64,000 nt of DNA from Schmidtea nova. Its lineage: Eukaryota. Within the stretch, counting starts at the first letter, position 1; each line of letters starts with the position of its first letter. The position numbers and the translations under genes were made by a program. Location of the stretch: contig CM097883.1 in the NCBI GenBank assembly GCA_044892505.1, positions 276,644,001 through 276,708,000 of the forward strand, written 5' to 3'. Positions 1 to 11,200 of the stretch are shown here, one piece after another. The notes under the pieces are model-generated. The model did not search any database. It was not told where the DNA came from and was given only the letters and a program-made list of their open reading frames with translations.

Positions 1-1894
1 CTTCCACTATATCTGGTCTATAGCTGACCACCAATGTTTCGCGTGTTTCGACTTCCTTATATACCAAAGACGAAATCACGTATGATTTTCCGTTGGCCTC
101 CAATACGCCATAGTAAGGGAAGTTTGAAACTGATGATTGGTGTACCGGTTTCCCGTCGTATTCTTTTATCCGAGGTACCCAATTTCTCTCTGGTCGCTGC
201 CAAAAACTAGGGTCTTCATTGTCCAAATCCTGGGGTATCTTTGCTGAATTTCCCGTTCCAACGAAATCCCCTTCTCTTATAATAATAGGTTCGCCCTTAA
301 CCTCCGGAATCTGTTCCATATCGGGTGGGATGAATGCTGTTTCGATTAAATCTTTGTCTTCCGTCGAGATGGGATTTGGTACTTTCTTTTTGATCTTTAG
401 ATCTTGTAACCTTACAACAGGTTCTTGACTTTTCTTTGGGGGTGACTTTTCTACTGAAGTCAATTTTTTAAAAGTCTTAGTAACTTTTTCCAAGAGCTTG
501 TTCTCTTTCTTTGGTGGATTTTCTGGCACGATCTTTGTAATTGTACGGCTGTCTCCGTGTAAAGTTAAACGCATCTCTGTTTGCTCCTCACCCTCGCTTT
601 CGCAGGTGGCGTAATCGTCTTCATCAGCTAAGGATATAGCTGGAGGGGATAGTGATTCTTCCTCAACTATCTTTTGCAATTTGGTTGATAATGGTTGTTC
701 CTGGGGTAAGCTCTCAATAGCTTTCCTTTTACTCGTTTCTTGTGGCTGTATTGTATGAACCATTTTGACTTCTGATGTAATCGTCCCACTACGATTACCT
801 GGGGTAATGTCATCTACCCAAACTTCTCTCAGTTTAAGGTAAATATTACGTGTCGTTTCCACGTCATTTTCCGTTTTCAGATCTGAACGGTTTAGTTCTT
901 CTTTTTCGAGAATTGACTTTGATAAATACGCGAGTCGATAATGTCCGTTACATTTCTTTAGTTCTCTCGCTTCCAGGCATTTTGCTGCTCCTAGTTCTCT
1001 AATGCCCAATACTCGTTGAGGGTGTAACTGGACTGCTTCCAAGAAATCGTTGACTTGGAGACCTATTAGAATTTTCCCATCACATAATTTTCTAATACGG
1101 TCTGCGCAATCCTCTCCATCAAATTGTCCGATGATTTCTTTTTCGGTCATACCATGCACGTGCGATTGGTAATGTTTGACCTGGTTTCTGGGTGTAACCA
1201 CCGTGTTTAGTATTAAATCACCACAGTAGTTTGCTATCGAAACAGCCACCAAAGCTGGCTTTAAATAATCTCGCAAAGTTGCGTAATGCGCTGCAACAAA
1301 TATTGACAATCTATCTTCTTGATTGGGGTGCAGATTCATCCGAACAAAGGATTTGAATGATTTGAGATCGTTCTCATTCACATTATAGGTCCAGGCAGGT
1401 TCATTTTTCCACAATGATTGCACTGCCTTGCTAGGTTCCAAAATCTCTAATACCACAATAGTATTATATCCGTCACATTGGATGGAGATATTCTTTTCTC
1501 TGCCATCTCCGTTACTAATTTCTAGAGTTGATTCTGGTTGAAGTAGGATGGGTCCTGTGGCTCCTGCCATGAAGATTGTAAAGGGTTTATTGATCGCGTG
1601 AATCAGGAGATGGTGAGTAAATGTTGATCTGTTAAATTCCGCCATGTGTTCAGTCAACCGGGTGTTCTCACGGCTGGTAATTGTGACTATGCACATTTGT
1701 CTCTTAGGCGATCCGAGAAACTTAAAATTGTTTGGGATGCCGGTGCAGTGCCCGTAATACCAATAGCGACGACCTTTCCGTGCTTCTGCGGATATCGCTT
1801 TTTCGATGTTTCGATAAATCAGTTTTTCCTTCTGTACTGTTTGCACATCGATAGTGCTATAACGCTGCTTGTATTGTGACACTTGATGCTTCAT
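1..1894 (-). CDS. Accessory ORF (>630 aa, open to window edge) with a REXO4/ISG20-like DEDDh exonuclease fold lacking the Exo I acidic residues
   Basis: Manual translation from ATG 1894 (MKHQVSQY...) shows no stop down to position 1; the frame is also open upstream to the TGA at 2083-2081. Residues at about 818-1306 read ALVAVSIANYCGDLILNTVVTPRNQVKHYQSHVHGMTEKEI...DGKILIGLQVNDF...LAYLSKSIL...ENDVETTRNIYLKLREVW, paralleling REX4-family motifs. Confidence 0.8.
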   Translation of the reverse strand, partial: MKHQVSQYKQRYSTIDVQTVQKEKLIYRNIEKAISAEARKGRRYWYYGHCTGIPNNFKFLGSPKRQMCIVTITSRENTRLTEHMAEFNRSTFTHHLLIHAINKPFTIFMAGATGPILLQPESTLEISNGDGREKNISIQCDGYNTIVVLEILEPSKAVQSLWKNEPAWTYNVNENDLKSFKSFVRMNLHPNQEDRLSIFVAAHYATLRDYLKPALVAVSIANYCGDLILNTVVTPRNQVKHYQSHVHGMTEKEIIGQFDGEDCADRIRKLCDGKILIGLQVNDFLEAVQLHPQRVLGIRELGAAKCLEARELKKCNGHYRLAYLSKSILEKEELNRSDLKTENDVETTRNIYLKLREVWVDDITPGNRSGTITSEVKMVHTIQPQETSKRKAIESLPQEQPLSTKLQKIVEEESLSPPAISLADEDDYATCESEGEEQTEMRLTLHGDSRTITKIVPENPPKKENKLLEKVTKTFKKLTSVEKSPPKKSQEPVVRLQDLKIKKKVPNPISTEDKDLIETAFIPPDMEQIPEVKGEPIIIREGDFVGTGNSAKIPQDLDNEDPSFWQRPERNWVPRIKEYDGKPVHQSSVSNFPYYGVLEANGKSYVISSLVYKEVETRETLVVSYRPDIVE

Positions 1895-2080
1895 ATCTGA
1901 AAGAAAAATAATTAACGTTAATATCAGATATACTGATAGGCCAATATTGGCTAAAAAGAAATGCATAAATCTCGATTTACGGGATCTACTTATGCTGTAA
2001 GTTAATGCTACTCGGAGCTCAACAAGATTATAGATTTTAATATATATATAAATACAAATATGCGATTTTATCTGTAATTG

Positions 2081-2242
2081 TCATAATCTCGTCATCATAA
2101 TCCCATCAACCGACTCAATGGCCTGACTGAAGAATAGTTTCATCCAAACTCCCATTGCTATCAATGTAGTGATCATAGCTAATACTGCTGACGTAATAAT
2201 CCATACCCAACGGGTAATTTTCCCAAGTGAGTAATGGGGTTT
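2081..2242 (-). other. Transmembrane-anchor peptide encoded in the -1 frame relative to the polyprotein end
   Basis: The -1 frame reads KPHYSLGKITRWVWIITSAVLAMITTLIAMGVWMKLFFSQAIESVDGIMMTRL*. It opens just before A-AAC-CCC (2242-2236). Confidence 0.6.
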
Positions 2243-5200
2243 ACTTCATTAACTTCACACTGACAACTTTTAATATAGCTTTCTGTTGATACTGTTGGTT
2301 TTACCATTTTCAATCCTTTCAATCTCTGCCATATTGCAGGATGAATGACGTAACTTTCTTTCCGTATCAATGATGTAACCGATTTCGTTGTCGTCGATGA
2401 TTGTGGTAATTTCAAAGAGATAACTTCATAAAATACCTCATTCCATTCATCGACTCCTGGCTTTTGTTTATTATTCATATAAGTGATATGAGCTTCCCAC
2501 TCCACTGAGCTGTTCCACTTGAGATTTTGTTTCTCAATATCTTCATTTAGCCACAATTCTTGTACTATTTCCTTGTCGGAATGGATTTCTATCTTTACTC
2601 TATCCACTCCTTGTTTTGGTTGGCTGAAGGTAATCATACCTTGTTGGATATTTATTCTAACTTTCCTTTTGAAATCTGCTGTCTTCAACTTCCATTGTGA
2701 CTTTGAAAAATCTGACCATCGTCCAAACATAAAATGTTGAACAAGTATATCTAACAGATATTCCTTTTCTGCTCGTAAGTCCTTTATGACTTTCACTCTT
2801 GTGTTTGAATCCAATGTAAAATGGAAACAACGTCGTTCGCAAAACGAGAACTTGAATTTTGTATCATTTTCAGCTAATGATATTATCCTAAATTCCTGGA
2901 AAGATCTTCTAAATGCGAGATCTTGAATTTGTACCGCTGTTGGAACAAATGTCTTTACACAGGATATAAGGCAACTTATTATTACCAAAAACGTAACTGA
3001 TTTTGGCACGCCTCTTGATCGTAATGGATATCTGTCTGAGACTGGTTCTGACCCTTTATCCTCCTTTTTCTTAATCGGATCTTTCTCCGTGACCGCAACT
3101 TTCTTGCATCTGTTAGCATGTACCATTATTGGTTCAGCTTTTCTATTTGCTACTAATTGCAAGATTAAATTCGTGTCTGTGGTTCTCAAAACCTCATATG
3201 GTCCTTTGAAGTTTCTCATTAATTTAGGTGATAAGCCCTTTTTATTATAATGGCTTTCCAACATCACCTTGTCTCCAACTAACATGCCATGTCCTTTGGC
3301 TTTCTTATCATGATAATCTTTCGACGCTTCCTGACTGAATTTTATACTAAGACCTGCTTTTGTCCATGCTTCTTGCATTCTTTCTCTCATTTCCATGAGA
3401 TAATCCTCTTGGTCTAAATACTGCGTTGCTTTTGGGAAAAACAACAAGTCTATAGGCATTTTACTTTGCCTTAAATACATGAGATAGAACGGCGTTTGTC
3501 CCGTACCCTCATGAACAGCATTTCTGTATGCGAATAAGCATGATGGAATATGTATATCCCAATCCGTTTGCCCTGAATTTACGTATGATGCTAGCATATT
3601 TGCGAGCGTTCCGTTAAATCTCTCTACCAATCCGTCTGTTTGTGGATGATACGGAGAGGTATTCAATTTTAAAATGTCGAAATAATCATTTATTCCTTTT
3701 AACAGATTACTCATGAAATCTGCTCCTCTATCTGTTAGTAGTTTTGTAGGTACTCCATACCTAAAAACAATTTGCTCTACGAAAATCCTGGCTATCGTAT
3801 CTGCCTTGTGATTCGGTATCGGATAAGCCTCCAGCCATTTTGTCAGGTAATCGCAAAATACCAATATGTATTTGTTACCACTATTTGATTCTTTGAATGG
3901 CCCTAAAACATCCATCGCCGTCATTTCCATCGGTGTGGATGGTACTGGCATTGGTTTCATTGGCACATGAGGTTTCTTCCCCGTATTTCTCCTGGTGATA
4001 CAGATCTTACATGTCTGACACCATTCCTGTACGTCTTGTTTTATTGTCGGCCAGAAATATTTCTGCTTCAACCTTGACAATGTTTTCCTGGAAGACAAAT
4101 GCCCTCCCAGTGCTCCATCATGATATTGTAACATCAAGGCTTCCCGATATTTCTTAGGGACCATTATGACATTATCCCTTACGTCTACATATTTGACTAA
4201 TCCTTCTTCTAGAATAAATTTGTCTCGATTTTTCTCCCAATATTTATTAAATTCCGTCGGTATGAACTTTGCTTCTAAAGCCTGTCTGATTTGGTTTATC
4301 TCTTCATCCGATTGTTGTGCTGCCATTAAATCCGCGAGTCTGTTTGCTTCTCTTGTAAGTGCGAAGATTGTTCCTTCTAATCTTCCTTCTTTGATATCTT
4401 CTGCTTCATCACCTTGGTCCATTCGCGAAAATGCATCTGCATTCCCATTTTGATGTCCTTTTCGGTAATGTATTTCGATGTCATATGGCTGCAAGATCAA
4501 TGCCCATCTAACCAACTTTGATGTATCCATAGTATGCTTTGTTAACCACTGTAATGGTCTATGATCCGTATACACAATGATCTTTCGACCCCATAAATAT
4601 GTCCTGAATTGGTGTATAGCATACACAATTGCTAATGCTTCTAATTCGATAACTGCATAATTCTTTTCATGTGGTTTTAATCCTCTGCTAGCATACGCTA
4701 TGGCATATTCGTCTCCTAGGTCATCTCTTTGACCTAACACAGCACCAATACCCCGAGTGCTGGCGTCCGTCATGACCAAAAATTGTTTCTCAAAATCTGG
4801 AAACCGTAATATAGGAGGTTCCACGAGCATCCTCTTTAGCATATCAAATGCTTCCTGTTGCTCTTTTCCCCATACAAATTTGACATTTTTGCCCTCTAAT
4901 TGTGTCAGAGGAAATGCTATTGCCGAAAAGTTCCTGATGAACTTTCTATAATATCCCACTAAGCCCATAAACCCTTTTATATGTTTGACTGTCTTTGGCT
5001 CTGGAAAATTCTTTGCTTTCTCAACATTTGCTGGATCTGGTTTTACTCCATCCTTCGAGATAATGTGACCGACATAGACTACCTCTGATTCGGCCCATTT
5101 ACATTTCGATGGTTTTACCTTAAGATTTGCATTAATTAACCTTTTGAATACGTCCTCTAAATGTTCTAAATGTTTTTCCAAATCTGGAGAAAATACTATG

Positions 5201-8200
5201 ATGTCATCTATGTATACCATTGCATGATGAACATCCATTAACATTAGATTCATGGCTCTTTGAAACGTTGCCGGCGCTCCTGTGAGACCAAATGGCATTA
5301 CTGTATATTCGAAGTGTCCAAGGCTTGTAGAAAAAGCCGTAATTGGTATTGTCTCCTCTTTTAACTTGATTTGGTAAAATCCCTTCTGAGCATCCATCAC
5401 TGAGAAATATTTTGAATTTCTCATGCGTCCGTAAATGTAATCCAGTAATGGTAATGGGTGACTATCCTTGCAAGTTGCTTCGTTTACCATTCGATAGTCG
5501 TTGCATAGTCGTACCGTTCCATCCTTTTTGGCCACCACTATCATTGGTGACTGGTATGGTGATTTACTATGCCTGATGATGTTATGTTTTAACATCAGTT
5601 TTACCTGCTTATCGACAGGTTCTTCCAAGCTAAACGGAATTCGATACGGTCTCAGTTTTATTGGTTTCATGTTGTTAAGAACAATTTCATGTTCCAACAA
5701 GTTCGTCTTTCCCAGATCATATTCGTGCTTGGCGAATACTTGATCATATTTTCTTAATAACATGTTGACTTGGATATTCTCTCTTCGTGAAAGAGCTTTG
5801 CTATTTGCCGTTGGCGCATCATAGTACTCGATGTCTGATTCTCTATTTTCTGCCTTTATTGTCAGGACAGATCCTCCATTTGGTAATTGATCCGACTTTG
5901 ATACTCTCCCTACTCTTGTATCTGGGTACAATTTTAATGGTTTTATATCTAAATTGGCTACCCGAATTGGTATTCTGCCATTTTCAACTTTACCAATGCT
6001 ATGCGTAATTGGTAGATTATATTTTGCTGAGAACCTTTCATCTGGTTCGAATACAACTTCTCCTTCCCACTGTTCGCTAGTGGACACGAAACATACTGTT
6101 TCTGCTCTGGGTGGTATTATCATCGTATGGTCGATGAAAACTGTATCATCATTATAAACTTTTCTTTTCTTACCGATTGATCTAACTAACAATCCGGTAG
6201 CACAGTCAAATACAACTCCTTTTAATCTTCTTAAAAGATCCATTCCTAGTAGACATTCTACTGGACAAGTTCTCATGACTATAATATCATGACGAAATTC
6301 TTGGTCACATAGCTTGATGTTACAAGCTAGAGTACCAATAATATTCAATGATGTGCCTGTAGCACCTGTTAGCGAAACTCTTGAGGTTTCCATTGATTCC
6401 AATTCTTTTTGATTTAATAGTGTTGCCTCTATGATGGTGCCGTCTGCTCCTGAATCTATCACTGCATTAACTGTGTGTCTGTTTATTTTTATCTTTATCA
6501 TGGGTTTCTTATCCAAGTTCACCCCATTTGCCATCAAAATAGTAGCATGCGTTATCCCGATGGTATTTGCTCTGAATTTCTCTGCTTCATCTTGTTCGGT
6601 ATCACTCAATTTTGGATTATATTCCTTAAATTTAGCTTTTATTGCTTCTAACGACTCGATAGGATACAGTTTCCCTTCATTTTCTAACGATAATGATATG
6701 CTTTTACCAGTCTCTCGAGCATCTTTGTCGAGAATTTGTTGATGTTTAGAAATGTACATTTTGTTTCTTGGAGTGGTTAAAGCATAATTTTGTTTGCCCT
6801 CTCCTGATGTCTTTTGAAACTCTGGCGATTCCCCCTTTGGCGCTGTTGGCAAGCTTCTAAGATATGGTAATTGCATATATCTTGGGCTTCTTTTCAATCT
6901 AGGTGATGCTGTATTGATTGTAAATTTCTGGTCTGCACTATCGTATTCATCTTCTGAAATCATACTTTTGTCGAAAATCTGTTTTGTCGCTTCGTAAGGT
7001 GGTTGATAATCCCGATATTTCATTTTCCTTAACTGATGATTCGGTTTTTTATTGTAGTTTCTTTTTCGACTTCTACTTTGCCTCTGAACTGTATTAAGAG
7101 AGTCTCCATTACCTCCTCCTTCCGAATTGTTATCGTCCCGATAACTTGTATTACCCTCCATTTCGATTCCAATAATCTCGTGTTTTACCAAGCTTCTCTG
7201 TTTGATTGTCTTTATTTCTTTACGATGATGTTTAAACAATGCAAATTCCGCACACATAGGACACAATCCTAGTATCAACTTCCAAGACCATCCACCGATT
7301 TTGAATATACTGTATGTGGAGATTAATTGTGTTATTATTAACTTTAGAATTACGAATATTGCATATATTCCTGAGCAGCCTGCCACGAAAATACCAAAAT
7401 TGGTAAACCTTCCCCATATTTTCATCATCACATTTTTAGCTGCTTCTTTATAATGATCTGGACCGAATAATAAATTGTAATCTGGTCTCATTTCGTTTGC
7501 TTGGTAAATTGTTCTTATGATTTCAGTGATACCTCTTTCTCTTACTTGAGGGAATAGCAATGTCTGTCTTGCCTCCTCAATGTCTGCTGAAGTGTAAATT
7601 CCTCCTTGTGATAATTCATCGAGTGATTTAAATTCCATGTTTTCCTCGAGTTTCGTGACTTCCAATGTTTCCACCTTTCTATTAGATGGTTTTCTGTCAG
7701 GTAATGAGATCCATCTATCATTTACCTTGTATAACGGTGATATTGCTGGATTGCAAATTGAAGGTTGAGGCTTTTGTTTTTCATCCAAAAGTCTCCTCGT
7801 AACTGGCATTACAAATCGTATTTTGTTTTGATATGACACTGGTAATTCTAGAGTACATTCATTATACCGAGTTAATTGTACCTCTATGGGTTGACATTGA
7901 TAGCTGTATATAGCTTCCCCCATAATTCTGCCAAACATTCCATCTTCTAGCAACATAGGTGTCACTAGATCCGGATTCACAATTGATATCGCTAATCGAT
8001 TTCGAACTATTTCGCGATTTAGTTTGCAATCATTGAGTATTACTTCCTGATACATTTCCTGCATTTGTCCTTGCAGATCATGATATAAATAATCTATTTT
8101 ATTATTTATATAGTTCGTGATTTTGATATCCTGGCTGTGAATATTCTTGGCTTTTTGGATGAATGTTTTTGACAAATATAATCCTTTATAGTTGGTCTCA

Positions 8201-11200
8201 TACACCACTTTTCCGCATTTTGTCTTCTTATCTTTTCTGACAAATCTGATTGCATCTTTCTTATCTTCTGATACTAATACTAGAGGTGTGATTTCCTCAC
8301 TAATATCCTCTTTTTGCTGTTTGTTGATCCTTTTCAACGTCTTTTCTTTATCCCAAATTCTTTCTCTTTTGGGTAAATCTCGATACTTTGTCCCGTTCAA
8401 CTTATGGAAATTAATTTTCTTTAGTAATGACAATTCGCAATGGTCTAGTATTTGATCGTATAATAATGTAATGACCCCTGTTCTGCAGCTTCCAAATTTC
8501 GCAAGGCACTGAGGGTGTGCCATTAATCTTCCTGATAATACATCGAACGTTCCTTCGTATTCTCTTAATTCGATTGAATAGTCCTCGATATCTACGACAA
8601 AACTTACCAACTCCGATCCGCGAGTTTTCTTTCTTCCCGTACAGGTACCATCTGATCCGATTGATCCTCCTCGTGTAATGGTTACTCCCAGTGTTTTTCC
8701 TACTTCCGCGGCGATGGTTACCTCGTTATCGATTCTTAAAGTACCTTTTCGAAAGGCGTCTAGACAATCCTCTGGCAATATGTTGACAGGTCTAGGTATT
8801 AGAGTGGCTGATAGAAAAGCTGTATAGCTGTGTGAACCACAATAATATTCAAACGTTGCTCTTTGGACTCTACATTCTCTTATCTTAGTTCTGAAGAATT
8901 CACTTTCTTGGTAGACATAGTATTCGACCTTTTCTCCTGTTTGGACCTTTTCTGGATGTGCCTCTTTGCACTCAATTGCATCTACGAGCGAATATATCCG
9001 AGCTAACTTTGGATCACTGCAATCAAACGCTGTCATTGTGTTTGTCTGTTTCATTATCCCCATCATTACTAAAAACATTAATATCATATTCGTCATATTC
9101 CCCATTCCTCCATTTTCGAGGTGGTTGTTATTCATAGCCTCTTCCACAAATTCATATCGTGGTTTATGTTTCTCCTCTTCCCAGAAATTATTTTCACTCA
9201 TCCACGTTCCGAGATAATGCTCCGTTATCTCCGTGATCTGGTCTATTTCTCGATTAATAAGCTTCTTCTCATTGCCTGCGCGGGCTAAAGCATCTTGAAT
9301 CAACATAGATAATGCTGTCACTATTTTTCCTTTAGATAACCCATCTTGTATGAGTGTCTCTAACATACTCTGTATCTCGTTTTGCGGTACCCCTCTAGGT
9401 AATCTCCTCATCGTCTTCGCGATTGACTGTGTTACTTTATCCACTTGAATTCCTTTAATCCGAGTAATCTGCCATTCTGGCTTTAATATTCCTATGATCT
9501 GTTTTAATCTCTTCCATGTCAGAGATTTTTCTGGTATATGTACACCTTCGTCTCTCATATCAACATCCCTGGCTATTCCTGACAGAGTTTTCATCTGAAC
9601 CTGTTTAATGGTTTCTTGGTTTAATTGCTCCGTTGGTGGAGGTTTCATTTGATCTTTCCTAGGCCTTCCTCGCCTATCTTTCTTTGTCTGCCATGCTGGC
9701 CTGATAGTTTCTACCGCCTGAGAAGTTGAAGCTCCCACGTTAGTTTCCTCATTATTGAGTCTGATTTCCTCTTCTCCGTGATTATCGGCATCGATATCTA
9801 CATTAAATGGTTGTGTTTCAACATTACCAGTGACCATTTCATCTGGTAACCGTAATGCTGACCATTGAGATTCAGGTGGCTCTACGGGAATGATTGCTAC
9901 CGTTGTAGTTTCAAAAGGTAGACATCCCACATCTACTAAATATTCATCATCATCCACTTGTCCTCCATGAATCATAATCAAGAATATACCGGTAGTCTGC
10001 CCAGTATCTATTAAATCCTTTCTCAACGTTATCACTTTGCTAAAACAACGATATAACCTCGTCATGGGTTCTTTTCCCGATATTCGAATGTCTAAAGTTA
10101 TCATGCCTTGTCGATGTGCTTGATGACGTATTGCTGTTCCATTTTTTCTTATTAACATTTTTATTTCTGTTTGAAAAGAACTAGTTTCTTTTACTACAGG
10201 TAGTAATATAGGAATTATATTCTCCAATGATTCTACTGGTATGCGCAATACCAACATCCAGTCTAATATTTCCTTGATTGTTTCTCCATCCCTCGGAGAT
10301 TTCTGCAGCTCTATCTTCAGACGTTGCTCTATTTGTTGGACCTCCTCCAACTGTGCAATTTCCATTTGTGTGAGTAGAAACACACTGTCTTGATCCACTA
10401 CTGGGACCGATATTCCTGTCAGTTTCGTTGTGAGTTTCGTTACCCTTCCTGGTAATACACCATTTTGTAGTAGTGTTTCCCCAACTACTAACTTTTCTCC
10501 ATATAAATAAAAATCATATCTATTATGTTTCAATTTCATCATTGTATCTGACAACTTATCTGTTCGACATCTTACATTCATGTCGATGTTAAACTCCTGC
10601 TCCTGAGGAAGTTTTATGTTTAAATGCGAATCCTGAAGATCCCATTCATGCTCCATTGCAGTTCCTATCTTTCGTAGGATTTTATGTATGTCGCTATTAT
10701 ACCTTGGATCATCTTCGACCTGAGATATTAATTGTAATATCTTTCCAATTTCACTATTCTTGATATCACCTTGTGATAATTTCTCTAATTCTCTAGTCAG
10801 TCTCTGCTGATACTCATATCTGGAATCCACCAGTTTTAAACATTTTGCTAGGGTATCTGACCCTTTCTTGGCCTTTGTTTCCTTGAACAAAGCCTGGTCG
10901 AACTCGCTCAGTATGGTACTCATACTGGGTTCGTCATCATTATCAGAATTTGTCTCTGATTCTATTACCTCATGATTCTCGCTGCTGGAATCCATGGGTT
11001 CACTATTTCCTTGCTCATCTGTGTAAGCATCATGATTTTTCTCAGCTGAAATCATCAAAACTGTTCCTTGCCCAACTGTGTGAGCATCATCGCTTTCCTC
11101 AATGGGATTCATTATAACTGTTCCTCGCCCATCCATGTGAGCATGATTTTTCTCAGCTGAAATCATAAAAACTGTCTCTTGCCCAACTGTGTGAGTCTCA

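Noticed and set aside
1320-1894. AlkB/cupin-like fold for the N-terminal domain of the accessory ORF
   Set aside because: Only a vague beta-strand pattern with no HxD...H...R motif; left as unknown.
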